Notes: generated by a model from the sequence alone, not told the origin. DNA of 63,793 nt, filler included, from Reclinomonas americana ATCC 50394 (GCA_048213135.1; 7 parts of 3 records of this genome joined end to end with filler, not necessarily neighbours in it); one strand, 5' to 3'. Positions 24,017 to 38,394 are shown, counted from the first letter of the whole stretch. Program-made: numbers and translations.

Positions 24017-25415
24017 TCATCTATCTCCATCATCGTCGTCGTCGTCGTCCTCACGACGCCGCTCAAACAGTCCAGTGTCCAGGAGAGCCTTGGCAGCGGC
24101 ACGGCCCGACAGCCACGCGCCCTCCACACGCGGTCCGGCAAACGCATCGCCGGCAAGCACCAATGGTGCCGACGTGTCCGTGTCACGCACCAGCAGACAC
24201 GGCTCCGGCCACACGGCGTCCGGGATGGCGTAACGCCACCGCTTCACTTGCGCCTCGGCCACCTGCTCGGTCGACGCCTCGGGCAAGAACGGCAGCACGG
24301 CCTGCAGGAGCGCTTCGCGCACCACATCATCCGAGTCGCCATAGTGAGCCTGCGACCACGCCGGCCGGGCGTGCACAGTGAGCGCAACCGGCGCATCCTC
24401 GGAGCTGGCCATTCCCGGCTTGGCATTATTCTCGGCGACCCACGACACCAGTGCATTCTCCGACTCGGCCAGCTGGCGACCGCCCGGCGCACCGAGCAGC
24501 GAGCGCGCGCCCGGCTTGAGAACCACCAGCAGCGCCAGCGTGGGGAAGTACGACACACGTGACAAGTCGGCCGCCGGCAACGACTGCACCGCGTACGACT
24601 GATCGACGAGACGCAGCATGGCCAGCGATTGCGGAACCTGGTCATTGAGGTCGGTGAGGAGGGACAAGACAACTTCCAGCAGGCAGCGATGCGACGCACT
24701 GGACTGGTGAGCACCACCGCCGCCGCACGATACACAATATCCCGCTCGCCCGACTTGTCATCGTCGCCAATCACCAACAGCTCTTGCGCATCCGGTCGCA
24801 CGCTAGTCACACGAAACGAGGTGCGAATCGACACTGCAGGCTCTTTCACTTGCGCCGCCTGGTACTTGGCCAGCGAGTTCATGCCCGCCGGACACGAGTA
24901 CCGCGGATAGCCGTCCTTCTGTGCGTGTGCGTGTGAGTGTCTGCAGTGTGTGAGAGGGAGGGGGACTGGGAGTGACTGACCTCGGGAGAGAATCCGCGGC
25001 ACCACTCTGCAGCCACGCCCGCTGGCATCAGCTCGCCCAGCACAAACGCAGTGAATGCACCGCTGCGTGCGGTGAAGAACTGCGCTCCATGGTCGACACT
25101 ATACGCGATATGAGAGAGAGAAAGAGAGTGAGTGCATGCTGCTGCTGTCTGTGAAACTCTCCTCGAGCACACCGGATCATTGCATCGCCTTCGCCCACTC
25201 GGCGTGTGGCCAGTCGCCCGCCCACAGACACGCCCTTGTCGAGCACAATGATGGGCGGGGCAGAGGCCGGGTGCAGACGACCAACAAGAGAACGAGCGGC
25301 CTTTTTCGTCATTGAGTGAGGACAAGTAAGCAAGAAAGAGAGACAAGTGACTGGGCGTAACTGTGAGGCCGGCAAGTCCAGCACCAATGACCACGATAGC
25401 GGGGCGAGAGGCCAT
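24017..25415 (-). CDS. Renalase-like FAD/NAD(P)-dependent oxidoreductase (COG3380 type)
   Basis: VVIGAGLAGL; DKGVSVGGRLATRR; DHGAQFFTAR; GMNSLAKY; RWRYA; LAGDAFAGPRVEGAWLSG. Confidence 0.92.
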
Positions 25416-25604
25416 TCACACGCACTCACAAGGTGAAAGTTTTGACTCCGATGGAGTGACGTCGACGTCGAGCGATTTTTCGCGCGCACGACGTTCTTTA
25501 TCGCGCGAGAAAACGACAACTCAACGCAGCGTGCATGAAGGCAGCGCAGAAGAGTGCGAAGGGGCTTCTCGCATCGCGCGCACAAAACAAACTGTCGCCA
25601 AACG

Positions 25605-28434
25605 ATGTCCTCTCAAGAGAGTAACGGACAGTTTCGTTCGCAAGCCAACTCACAAGCGATGTTTTTCGACGATCGCCCAGGCAGCTCCTCATCGGTATGT
25701 GCGAATGAGAAAGAACACTTGTACACACAGTCTTCCTTACTCACTCACTCACTCTCTGTCTCTCTCTCACACACAGGCCTCTGGGTCGTCTGATATGCTG
25801 GCCACTCGCCGCGAGAAACTCAAGCAACAAGCCATGAGAGGCCGTGGAGGTGTGCCCTCACAATGCGCATTGTGTAAGAGAGAGAGAAGATAATGCTCAC
25901 TTCTTTTGTGTGAAAGGTGTTGCAAGGTCAGCGGGTGTTCGATCAAGTCTCGGCGAGTTCCCGCGGAGACCCATGTCTGCTGGTGGTTCCTCAGTGGGCA
26001 GCGGGTGAGCAACACAAGGCGCGCGCACATCTCTCACACGCATTCTCACACTCGCGCGGACACAGTGTGACGGCCACGACACCAACGTCAGATGCCTCGG
26101 GGGACGCGGTGTTTGGACGCAACAGCTCATCGCCCGCAGAGATGGGCGGCAGTGGCAGTGGAGTGGGAGCTTCGTCGACACTGGGCGCGCGGCAAACAGC
26201 GGCAGTGGCTGCGGCTGGAGGTCGTCCGCGGACAGCAAGTGGCGCGGCTTCGGGCTCGGGAGGCGCAGGGTTGCACTCGCGTATCGTGGCCGCCAATGCC
26301 GACTCGGCCGAGCCGAACACCGCGGAGACGTATCGCCTGCGGCAGCTGCTNNNNNNNNNNNNNNNNNNNNNNNNNNNNNNNNNNNNNNNNNNNNTTAATT
26401 AATTAANNNNNNNNNNNNNNNNNNNNNNNNNNNNNNNNNNNNNNNNNNNNCCAGCGGTCCCGGGATGCTGCTGCTGCCGGCCGCCGCTGCGGCCGCCGGC
26501 GACGCGCCACCACGTTCCTCCGCCGCCGCCTTCTCCTCACGCAGCGCCGCCGGCTCATACTCATCCAGCAAGCCCTGCTCCGACNNNNNNNNNNNNNNNN
26601 NNNNNNNNNNNNNNNNNNNNNNNNNNNNNNNNNNNNNNNNNNNNNNNNNNNNNNNNNNNNNNNNNNNNNNNNNNNNNNNNNNNNNNNNNNNNNNNNNNNN
26701 NNNNNNNNNNNNNNNNNNNNNNNNNNNNNNNNNNNNNNNNNNNNNNNNNNNNNNNNNNNNNNNNNNNNNNNNNNNNNNNNNNNNNNNNNNNNNNNNNNNN
26801 NNNNNNNNNNNNNNNNNNNNNNNNNNNNNNNNNNNNNNNNNNNNNNNNNNNNNNNNNNNNNNNNNNNNNNNNNNNNNNNNNNNNNNNNNNNNNNNNNNNN
26901 NNNNNNNNNNNNNNNNNNNNNNNNNNNNNNNNNNNNNNNNNNNNNNNNNNNNNNNNNNNNNNNNNNNNNNNNNNNNNNNNNNNNNNNNNNNNNNNNNNNN
27001 NNNNNNNNNNNNNNNNNNNNNNNNNNNNNNNNNNNNNNNNNNNNNNNNNNNNNNNNNNNNNNNNNNNNNNNNNNNNNNNNNNNNNNNNNNNNNNNNNNNN
27101 NNNNNNNNNNNNNNNNNNNNNNNNNNNNNNNNNNNNNNNNNNNNNNNNNNNNNNNNNNNNNNNNNNNNNNNNNNNNNNNNNNNNNNNNNNNNNNNNNNNN
27201 NNNNNNNNNNNNNNNNNNNNNNNNNNNNNNNNNNNNNNNNNNNNNNNNNNNNNNNNNNNNNNNNNNNNNNNNNNNNNNNNNNNNNNNNNNNNNNNNNNNN
27301 NNNNNNNNNNNNNNNNNNNNNNNNNNNNNNNNNNNNNNNNNNNNNNNNNNNNNNNNNNNNNNNNNNNNNNNNNNNNNNNNNNNNNNNNNNNNNNNNNNNN
27401 NNNNNNNNNNNNNNNNNNNNNNNNNNNNNNNNNNNNNNNNNNNNNNNNNNNNNNNNNNNNNNNCGGTGGACAAGAAGGAGTTTATGCTAAAGGTACAGTG
27501 GCTCTTCTGTGGTTGACGCTTGTGTGTTGTGCTGATGCGGCTTGTCGGCAGCCACTGCCGCGCGGCAAGCGTCTGCTGTGCTACATTCGTCGCGACAATG
27601 GTGGTCTCTCGCGTCTCGCGCCCAAGTATTTCCTGTACATTGAGGAGAACAACGAGTTCCTGCTGGCAGCCAAGCGCCGCAGTGGCAAGCGCACTCCCAA
27701 CTACGTGATTTCGTTGTCGGAGACGCCGTCACGCAAGGGCGACGACTTTGTGGGCAAGCTGCGTGCCGACAACACTGGCTCTGTGTTCCGCGTGTACGAC
27801 GACGGAGCGAATCCGACGGAGGCACTGAAGGCTGGGGAGACGGCGCGACGCGAGCTGGCCGTGTGCATCTACGAACCGAATTTGCTCGGCAAGGGTGGTC
27901 CGCGCAAGATGGTGGTGGTGGTGCCGGATGCGGATCCCGCCACTGGACACACCATGGCAGTGCGACCGCAGGGCGACGACGACTCCATGTCGGAGGTGTA
28001 CAAGCGCGGAGGCAGAGCGCTGGAGCGTCTGCTGGTGTTGAAGAACAAGCAGCCAGTATGGAACGAACGTGCGTCTCTCTCTGCTACGCTTCCTTCTCCT
28101 TCTTCACCCCTTCGCCTCACTGGGATGGGTGTGCGTAGAGCTCAAGGCCTTCGTGCTCAACTTTGGCGGCCGCGTGCAAATGGCCTCGGTCAAGAACTTC
28201 CAGCTGGCGGAGGAAGACAACCGTACGTGCACTCATGCATACATGCTCCTCGCCCTTCCGTTTGTTTCTGCACTCACGAGTGAGCTGATCATTGCACTAG
28301 CGTCCACGGTGTTGCTGCAATTCGGCAAGGTCTCCGCCAGCACCTTCTCGCTCGACTTTACGCACCCGTTCTCGCCGCTGCAAGCCTTTGGTCTCGCCCT
28401 CAGCAGCTTCGACAACAAGATGTCCACGGAATAA
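25605..28434 (+). CDS. Tubby-like protein (internal segment 26451-26584 inverted in the assembly)
   Basis: LLCYIRRD; FLLAAKRR...NYVIS; FVGKLRAD; LKNKQPVWNE; FVLNFGGRVQMASVKNFQL; LLQFGKV...PFSPLQAFGLALSSFDNK. Start may be 25605 or 25659. Confidence 0.93.
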
Positions 28435-28606
28435 GGGCGAGAGAGAAAAGAGAGAAGGCGGTCTTTTTTTTTGTTTCTGCCTGCCGGACCGAGGTGCTTT
28501 GTTTTGTTTGTTTGTTGGGAGGAGGTGTACAAAAACACAATGAAAAAGTTGGTGAATGAAATTTGCTTTGTTTTCTGTTTGTGTTGTGTGTGAGAGAGAG
28601 GGAGAG

Positions 28607-30133
28607 ATGGCGTACGGTGGGTATTCGTTTGATGGCGACATGGGCCACATGCAAGACAGCAGCATGCGAATGTCAGAGGGACGCATTGAGGTGCACGAGT
28701 GGACATGTCCAGTGTACACTAACCCTCTCACACTCACTCACTCACACGCTCTCTGTATATGCGTGTGCTGCATGCAGATTGTCAAAAAGTCAGACGACTT
28801 GTGTCAGTTCTACATGCGCAGTGTGGATACATCGGTTCGCGCGCGCGTACTTGTCACTTGTCACTCTCCACACTCTCACGCTCTCACGCTCTTGCATGCA
28901 CACAGGTGGCCAACTCACTGAGAAGAAGCATGATTGCCAATGTGCCCACAATGGCCATTGAGTTTGTGGAAGTGGAGAAGAACTCGTCGGCATTGCATGA
29001 TGTTGAGTGCATTGAGAGACAAGAAACACACACAACACATACAAGAGTGAGGCAGTGTCTCCGTGCCTTCTCTGCTCACCTGTGCATGCAGGAGTTCATC
29101 GCGCATCGACTGGCGCTCATTCCCCTTGTCAGCGTGGATGTGGATCGCTTCAACATGCGGGAAGAGTGCTCGTGCGACTCGTTCTGCTCGCAGTGTGCCG
29201 TCATGTTTGAGTTGTCTGTCAAGTGCACTGGGGAGAGGCAAGACGTCACCGCGTTCCATCTGGTGTCGGATCACGAGAGCGTGCTGCCTGCGCGTATCAC
29301 CGATGCCGGTGTGCAAAAGGCGCTGAGTAGAGTTGAGTGATTCTTCGTGCATCACTCGCGAAGCAGTCTGTGTGTGTGTTCACGCCACCTCGCGCGTTGT
29401 GTCAGATGCACCCGCCAGCAACGCCGGCGTCGGCGAGCATGATGAGCATGGAGGAGTCGTCGTTGTATGCGGGCGAAGCACCGGGTATTCTCATCATGAA
29501 GCTGCGATCGGGTCAAAAGCTGAAGCTGCGCGCCATTGCTGTCAAGGGCACCGGCAAGCAGGTTCGACTTCCGTTTTTTGCTATTGCTATTCGCAGTCGC
29601 CTCGTCGGCTCACCCCATCTTGCCTGTCGATGGACAACAGCACGCCAAGTGGTCACCAGTGTGCGTGGCCGTGTACAAGTTTTTGCCAGAAGTCGAGTTG
29701 AATGTGGAACGCTGTCGTCAAATAGATCCGGAGAAGAGGCGAGAGCTGGCCGCCACATGTCCCGCGAATGTGTTCGAGTTCGACGAGGCATCGCAGCAGG
29801 TGAATCCTGCAGCCACTGCGTCTCTCTCTCTACCTCTCGCGACCCACCCGCTTGTGTTCGTGCTCTCCGCAGGTCGTGGTGGGCGCGCCAGACGAGTGCA
29901 TGTTCTGCGGTGAATGCACGACGTATGCCAGCGAAAAGCTGAATGTGCGCGACTTGGTCAGTGTGCGGCAGCAGGCAGGCGATCAGGGCGGGCACAATTT
30001 CCTGTTCAGTGTGGAGAGCACCGGCGCCCATCCGGCCGCCGATATTGTAGTGCGTGCCATTGGCGTCTTGCGCGACAAGCTGCGCATGCTGATCGACGAG
30101 CTCCGGAAAGCCTCCAATGCACAAGGAATGTGA
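28607..30133 (+). CDS. RPB3: RNA polymerase II subunit RPB3
   Basis: VANSLRRSMIANVPTMAI; NSSALHDEFIAHRLALIPL; Zn site CSCDSFCSQC; IMKLRSGQKL; GTGKQHAKWSP; FLFSVESTG. Confidence 0.95.
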
Positions 30134-30964
30134 CGAGGGGAGTGAGGCTCCAGCGTCGCCTTTACAATGTCGCGTAGCAATGAATCCGTTGGCCTCACAA
30201 TGTGCTATTTCCACAACCCCATAATAACTGTATCTACACTTGTTAGGAATTCAACGAGGATGCACGCGCATGAGTCTGCACGCGCGGCTACCCACACTAC
30301 ACACAACATAGGGAGAACAGAGAACCACAACAGGGAATAAACAGGTTCAACAACAGTACAAAAAATCGGTAGTACAACAACAAAAATCACAAACACACAG
30401 AGAGAGAGAGAGAGAAAAGAGAGAGATTACTATTACAATACACAAATCGTTTTCGTACAGGCCCATACGNNNNNNNNNNNNNNNNNNNNNNNNNNNNNNN
30501 NNNNNNNNNNNNNNNNNNNNNNNNNNNNNNNNNNNNNNNNNNNNNNNNNNNNNNNNNNNNNNNNNNNNNNNNNNNNNNNNNNNNNNNNNNNNNNNNNNNN
30601 NNNNNNNNNNNNNNNNNNNNNNNNNNNNNNNNNNNNNNNNNNNNNNNNNNNNNNNNNNNNNNNNNNNNNNNNNNNNNNNNNNNNNNNNNNNNNNNNNNNN
30701 NNNNNNNNNNNNNNNNNNNNNNNNNNNNNNNNNNNNNNNNNNNNNNNNNNNNNNNNNNNNNNNNNNNNNNNNNNNNNNNNNNNNNNNNNNNNNNNNNNNN
30801 NNNNNNNNNNNNNNNNNNNNNNNNNNNNNNNNNNNNNNNNNNNNNNNNNNNNNNNNNNNNNNNNNNNNNNNNNNNNNNNNNNNNNNNNNNNNNNNNNNNN
30901 NNNNNNNNNNNNNNNNNNNNNNNNNNNNNNNNNNNNNNNNNNNNNNNNNNNNNNNNNNNNNNNN

Positions 30965-32122
30965 GGACCACTCGCAGCCGCCTCCGCGGACGCACACTCG
31001 TGCCGACGACGAAGGTGACGGGGGTGATGCGGCGGGCGACGGCAGCGGTGAGCAGCGTGAGGAGTACACGGGCGCCGCCGCCGGCTCCTCCTCCACCACC
31101 GCCGGCCGTCGTCCGTCGTCGGCGTTTGCGCGATCGTCGGCCAATGGCGGCTTCCACTCCAACGCCGAGCAGTTCGGTCAGCAGCGTGGTACGCGAGCGC
31201 GCCAGAAGCAACGCGAGCAGGAGACGGCGCGCTACCGCAGCGATATGGAGCGCATGCGACAGCAGTCAAAGGACAAGGTTTGTGCGAGAGAGAGAATGCA
31301 CAAGTTGTTGCTCATCGGCTCACACGTGGCCATCGTCGTTGTAGGATCGCACGACGCAGCGCACACAACGCGAGCATGCGGCACGGGAGGAGATTTTGCA
31401 TGCGGCAGAAAAGATTGCGCTGATTGAGCAGCTGGTGGCCGCCAAGCCGTGGCTCGACACTCGCCTGCTGGAAAAGTTCCTGTATTCCGAGTTGCAGACG
31501 CGATTCCAGGTGCTGGACGCCGACCTGTTGGTCGACATGACGTGCGACGACGCCAAGCGCGAGCTGGCCTACATTAGCGCCAATGTGCGTGCCAAGTACG
31601 ACGACGCCAAGGAGCGCAAGTCGGATACGGTTGGTGGCACTGTTTGCGGGGGGAGGGAAGCCGTCGTGTGTGTGATGGTCGCTGACCTTGTTGCTTGGTG
31701 CAACAGGAACTGTTGGACGACGCGCGTTACTTTGGTCGACACGCCGACTATCTGCGCAGTCGGTACGAGTCGGCGACGCTGTGGGATCGACTCAACATTC
31801 CTCGCGGCACGAGTGGATCGGAGCTTAAGAAGGCATTCTTGGTGCGTGAGCTGTCAGAGACCCACATGCTACGTGTGCATGTACTGATCGCATGCCATCA
31901 ACGCACGCAGCGTCAAGTGTTGCTCTTCCACCCTGACAACATTCGCAAGGAGCGACGGCTCTTCTTTGCCAGCTTCCAGGAGTACGAGCGGCTGTGCTCC
32001 GACATTTTCCGGGTACGCACTGCGCGCGGCATCGATGCAAGTTGTGTGTGGCAGCTCTGCTTACGCGTACTTTTTCGCAGATGGTGGACGAGGCCTACAG
32101 GAAACTCAAGCAAAAGGAGTAA
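30965..32122 (+). CDS. Protein with C-terminal J (DnaJ) domain, 5'-partial
   Basis: Spliced: LWDRLNIPRGTSGSELKKAFLRQVLLFHPD...IFRMVDEAYRKL; HPD motif; stop TAA 32120-32122. Confidence 0.75.
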
Positions 32123-32609
32123 CTGTGTCGNNNNNNNNNNNNNNNNNNNNNNNNNNNNNNNNNNNNNNNNNNNNNNNNNNNNNNNNNNNNNNNNNNNNNN
32201 NNNNNNNNNNNNNNNNNNNNNNNNNNNNNNNNNNNNNNNNNNNNNNNNNNNNNNNNNNNNNNNNNNNNNNNNNNNNNNNNNNNNNNNNNNNNNNNNNNNN
32301 NNNNNNNNNNNNNNNNNNNNNNNNNNNNNNNNNNNNNNNNNNNNNNNNNNNNNNNNNNNNNNNNNNNNNNNNNNNNNNNNNNNNNNNNNNNNNNNNNNNN
32401 NNNNNNNNNNNNNNNNNNNNNNNNNNNNNNNNNNNNNNNNNNNNNNNNNNNNNNNNNNNNNNNNNNNNNNNNNNNNNNNNNNNNNNNNNNNNNNNNNNNN
32501 NNNNNNNNNNNNNNNNNNNNNNNNNNNNNNNNNNNNNNNNNNNNNNNNNNNNNNNNNNNNNNNNNNNNNNNNNNNNNNNNNNNNNNNNNNNNNNNNNNNN
32601 NNNNNNNNN

Positions 32610-35600
32610 TTCAGATTGCGCCGACTGCTACTGCTACCGTGTCCAGCGGTCGTCGATGATGTTGCAGTGGTGGACGACGACCCACCAGCGCCACTGCCAC
32701 CCACATTGGCATGCGAAGCGAAACGTGGCACCTGTGTAGGCGGCGACACTACAGACAGAGGAGGCGATAATGAGTCGGATAATCATCGCGAAAGAGAAGG
32801 GACGGGTGGCGGCACAACGCACCAAACGCGGGCGGACCCTGAGATGCAAAGCGATTTGGGTGGCGCGGTTGCTGTCGTGTCTCACGCTTGGGCAGTGGGT
32901 GCCGCGGCTCAAAGTTGGGGCGCTGAGGTGCAGGCCGTCCACCCGGTCGCGGACCAGGTGGTGGCTCGGGTCCTGGCGTGCGCGGACTCAGACTCGAGCG
33001 CTCGTCCTGGTCGGGGGACGATGCCGACGGTGGTGGATGATTCGCGTTGGAAGCCGTTGACGTCGGCGGCGAGGACATGTGAACGCCGCCGGTGGATGAC
33101 ACGCGAGTCGCACACGAGCGTGCCCAGTCTAGGAAGNNNNNNNNNNNNNNNNNNNNNNNNNNNNNNNNNNNNNNNNNNNNNNNNNNNNNNNNNNNNNNNT
33201 CGGACGCCAATAGCGCGTCGGGCACACCGAGTCCCGCAGCCACAGCCGGTCGCAAGAGCAAGTACGTGCCGACAGATGAGGTCCTCTCGGAGCACCTCAA
33301 CACACTGGAGGAGCGAATTCAGCAGCTGGCCGAGGTTTGTCTTTGAAAATGCACTCCTTTTCGTCATTGTCTCTCCGCGAGATCAACTCATCGTTGTTGC
33401 CACGTAGGCACAACGGGTTGCGCAAGCCGAAGGTGTCAAGGCGCGGCAGGAGCTGCAGCAGCGGTACGCCGACGAGAAGCGCAAGCTGAACCAGCAAATG
33501 GCGGTGGCGGAGCTGGACGAGTTTGGTGAGTTGTCGTCGTCTGTGTTTGATCACTCATCGATGTCGGGCTCGCTGACCCTTATGCCTGCGAGAACAGCCG
33601 CCTTTTCTCTGCGTCTGAACGAGCTTGCGGTCCAGTACGCCGATGTGTTTGGCCAGCTGGACGACACACTGAAAGCAGCACTGCTGCCGCTGCAACATGA
33701 GCTGGTGAGTTGCATGTGGACCACTTGTCGTGAGAGATGGATGTCAGAACTCACATGGTTGTTTGCAGGAACTGGTCAACGACGAGAAGCGACGCATTGA
33801 GGCGCAGCTCCGACTGCCAATGTTGGCTCGCACACGGGCCACCAAGTTCGCCGACGTGGGTGTNNNNNNNNNNNNNNNNNNNNNNNNNNNNNNNNNNNNN
33901 NNNNNNNNNNNNNNNNNNNNNNNNNNNNNNNNNNNNNNNNNNNNNNNNNNNNNNNNNNNNNNNNNNNNNNNNNNNNNNNNNNNNNNNNNNNNNNNTTGTA
34001 CAGCCAACACGCGGGGCAGCGCTTCCGGCTTGATTCGCGACTTGCCACTGTCGACACCAGCAACGAAAGACGGCGGAACATCCACGGTAGCATGCCGCCC
34101 GTGCTCTGCATCGCCCCCGCACATGTCAGTCAAGAGAGTCACTTCGGATTACCGCTTGCAATTACGCACCGTGGCGATGGTTTGCCGCTGATGACGAATT
34201 CGAAGGCGGAAGCGGTGGCTGTGGCGCCGACGGCGCTTGTGACGCGGGATCCGCGGCAGAGTGACCTGCGTTAGAAGCCACGGACGCCGCCGTGCCCGAC
34301 GTCTGCTCGCCCGATGGCGAATTCGCCGACGTTCGTGGCACGCGACGAGCGGCCGCCTCCTCCGTCTCACTTCCGCGAGTACCCTTGGCGGCGACTGCTG
34401 ATGACACCGGCTCGTAACTGCGACTGCGTGCATGGGCACTGCGCTGGCCAGGCTGTGCATGACAAAACGAACAGATACACGTCAGCGTCCAGAAGGGTTA
34501 TCGGCAGACAAGGACGCTAACGTACCGAGGTGGGCGCGGCGGGTGCAGCACGGTGCGGTGGCGGTGCAGCGCGTGATCCTGGGTTGGACAGCGGAATGTC
34601 TCGCTGCTCGCCCTGGTCGTACAGGTCGCCGTACTCGTCCTCACCGTCGTCGTCTTCGTCTACCTCCACCACCTCCTGCAACAGGTCATCCTCGTCGGCG
34701 TCGATATTACGCGCCGGACGAGGCAGCAATGTCGGCTCGGAAGCCGACGTGGCGATGGACGGTTTTGGGGGCGATGGTGACGACGGAGCGCGACGAGGAT
34801 TCTTGTACGGGTCACGTGACTCGTAGGGCGGTGGCGAAGGGACCTTTGGCACCACGCCGGTTGGTGTGCGAATCGTCGTCTCCATGACCACATCCGCGGA
34901 GGCCGCCGAAGCGGAAGCAGGTGGTGGTGGCACGGGTGCTGCAGGTCCCGACAGAGGAGGCATGGAAAGCGAGTTGCCGAGGACGTGCGCCGGTCGTGGC
35001 GCGCGCGGTGACTGATTCGGTGACGTGGGTGGAGTGGGTGACGAGGCCTTGGGCGACGTTGCGCCACTTGGACCAGTGGTGAATCCCGAGGCTGCCTGCA
35101 GCGGCGACGTGGTGCTGCGCCGGCCGCCGGTGGGCGGCAAGCCGCTGGGTGGCGGCCCAGGTGACGGAGTGCTCGCACCGCCACCGTTTGCAATGGCATC
35201 CAGCACAGCCGGCGAGGTGTTGATGGTGAGCGGTGGTCTTCCGTCACCCGCGTCCGCATTGAGACTGCTTCGCGGTGGGCGAGGTGCCTGAACACAGAAA
35301 TCAAATGAGAAACACGCAATAATCGACTGAGTATGCGCACAGCGCACCTGCGGCAAGCGAGTGTTGCTCTGGTTGGATGGACGGCGACTGGAGAACGAGC
35401 TAGCTCCAGTTGGTGGCGACAGAGTCTTGTTTCCCGTCGTCTGCGTGGTGCTCTCCAGCGGCATCGACACGCCAAGTGCGTCACTCGGCTCCTCACCAGC
35501 CGCGGAAGGCACAATAAAATCCCCTTTAGTCTCCGTCGGCGGCGCAGTGTACCGCGGCACAGCTTCGCCACGCGACAGACTCTCCAGTGATGGCGGTACC

Positions 35601-38394
35601 AGGGGCGCCTGCGGCGAGGACAGCAACGACACAGCAGGCGTCGTCACCGTCGTCGTTGCTGCGGCTGCGACTGCGGCTACGGCAGAAGAAGGCAGCTCCG
35701 AGTATCGCGGCACGGCGTCACCTCGCGACAGCGTCTCCAGCGGTGGTCTGGCCGACATACCCGCACCGGTAGGGTCCGCGCCGCCCGGGAGCGGCGACGT
35801 GTCCACGCGTTCCACTTCTCCGTCAGACGACGACGACGAGACGGCGTCGAAATCGCGCGACACACTCGACATGTGCGGCTGCGACGAGTTGGTGGTGGAG
35901 GAGTCGTGCTTGGCGGTGCCTCCGCGCAGAGGACGATTCATCGAGCTGCGGCGACGCGCAGCCATGCCGGGTGATGTGGCCGACAGGTGTGCACTACCCG
36001 GCGAGTACGGTGGTATCTGCACCGGCGAGTGCACGTGCGTTGGGTCGGGAGCGCCGGCAACGGGGCCATTCGAGCTCGAAAAGAGTGTCGACGTGGCGGT
36101 CGACGGCCGACTCGAGGCCGGGCTGTACGGCAGCGCACTGCTTGGACGCCGGCGCTTCCCGTCGCCGCCACCACTGACTGAACTGGCGGCCGACGGACCA
36201 GCACCAGCTCCACCAATTCCGCCACCACCTGCACCGCTGCCGCCGGCTCCACCAGCATACATGTTGCGAGGGGTCATAACAGCGTCGCCCTCGTCGGTGA
36301 GCTTCCATATCACAGACTGCGGCAAATCGCCAGCGAACTCGAGGACGCCTTGCCTGCACACACATTGAAAGGTATCGTAAGTGAGCAACGCAACAAAGAA
36401 AGGAAACACAATTAACCGACAGTACCTTGTTGTGGGTCGCTCGGCTTGGTATCTGCGGTGTGCTTCGACACCGCTGGAGTTGAGCAGGTGTTCGTAGGGC
36501 GACTCGGTGCCGCGAACGGGACTGGCGAACGAGTGCTTGGGAGTCGGTGGTGTGGTGGTGATGGCAGCTGACGGTACGGCGTCATGAGTTGCACTTGCGG
36601 CCGCAGTGGCAGCGGCTGTCGCCGCCGCCGCTGCTGCTGCTGCCGCCGATTGAGTCGGATAGCGAGGTGAGCTGGCCGACGCCGCCACGGGAGGCGACTG
36701 GAATGGTTGAGTCAGCGGAGACTGTGGCGACGAGAACTCGGCCGCACTCTCCGCCACTCTCAATCTGTCGACTGACACGGGCGTGGCGGGTGCCTCAAAG
36801 TCGGCCACCATGCGCATGGAGCTACATCATCACTCGCTGTCAGTTCACACGACAAAAGAAGAAGAAGAGAAGGCGCAGACGTAGTGTGAGCTACGCACAC
36901 ATTGGTGTTGGGTGTCACAATGCTGCGCGCGCGTCCGCGGGTGCCGCTGTCAAACGACTCCGAGACGACCGAGATCACCGATGGACGCTGCCACACGCCA
37001 GAGCCGCCAGGCGACTGTGATGATGGTTGTTGCGACGATAATCTCCGAGCACCCGCCGGATCCACGGGCGCTGTGATCGACGGTGAAGCGTTGGCGGAAT
37101 AGTCATCCAGGGCCGACTTGGACGACGACCGTGACATGGAGCCGGAGGCCAGAGACGATGACTCCTCCGCTTGCTGTCGTTGCACAATATCTTGCATGGC
37201 CTCGGTGAGCAGATTGATCAGGCGGGACTGTGGGGGACACGAGTCAGCGTGCAACGCCCACTTCGAAAACAAGTTTCGCCATCAACAGACCCTCTTGACT
37301 GCGGCCAGCAAGTTCCGCAGAGGAGCACTGTCGCAAAAGAATGCCAATGAATCGAAGAACGAGTAGAGTGCACGCAGCGTCTCGGCGCATTCCTCTGTGC
37401 GTGCGAATCCCGTTGAGCGATGAATGCAAACGACGGAGGTCGGGGGTGACGCAATTGTTACCTGGCATTGTCAAGCCACTGCCGCGCTCAATCATCTGCA
37501 AGTACTCCAACATGTCCACAGTGCACCGCCAAGAGAACAGAATGACTTCCTCCATGAAGCGCTCCCGCACCGACGGCACAAAGTTGGTCGACACATACTC
37601 ATCGTGTTGTGCAAAGAACTCGCCGATGCAGCGAAACACCAGCGGCAAATCTGCAGAGCGGCCATCGCCATGAGCCACACACAGATTGCATGAATGGTTG
37701 CACGCAAAGTGGCGAGAGACAGACCTTCGCAGGTGGGTGGCGTGGTGGGAATCGCATCGTAGATCTTAGTTAGAAATGCAATGTCCATGATGGTTTTGGT
37801 CTTGACACGATTGCCTGCGCGCACGGACATTAGCAGCCCACTCGCCTGCAGCGTCACACGCACACCACCACCACCCTACCTCTCCGATCAATGACCTCCT
37901 TCGGCAACGTGTGCGTGCGAAACACACGACCGAGTTCCTTGCGCAGTTCCCGACACTTGGGCACTCCCCTGCATTCTCGCCTCCCGCTCAGCACGAGCAC
38001 AACGACAGTCGGGATTCACACACAGACAGACAAAGACAACGACTGACCGCACAAGGGCCTCACGCATGGTGACCAGCGTGACACCAAACTCGGCACACGC
38101 CTGCTGGTAAAACTCGTGTGTCGGATCCGCATTGGAGATGATGTCCGACACCGCTCTACTCGCAGTCAGCAATGAACTGCTACACACACACGCACTCGCA
38201 CAGAGAGAGGGAGACACTGAACGCAACAGACACAACACAAAGTGATCGCGAAGCAGCTCGGTCTCGGGGTGACTGGCCAGGAAGGAGCTCACACTCAGCG
38301 ATGAAGCTGAGGAAGAAGAAGAGGAAGAAGAAGAGGAGCCGCTTGCCACGCCTGCGGTGGTGTACACAGGCGGCATGACTGTGGCATCACTCAT
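32610..38394 (-). CDS. Large hypothetical protein: helical N-terminus, long Ser/Pro-rich disordered middle, coiled coil (33200-33863 inverted in the assembly); 3'-partial
   Basis: ATG 38394, GT-AG spliced exons, 766-codon ORF 34517-36817; in-frame joins VLAVQ|SDANS and DVGV|FLDW across the flipped contig. No family recognised. Confidence 0.65.
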
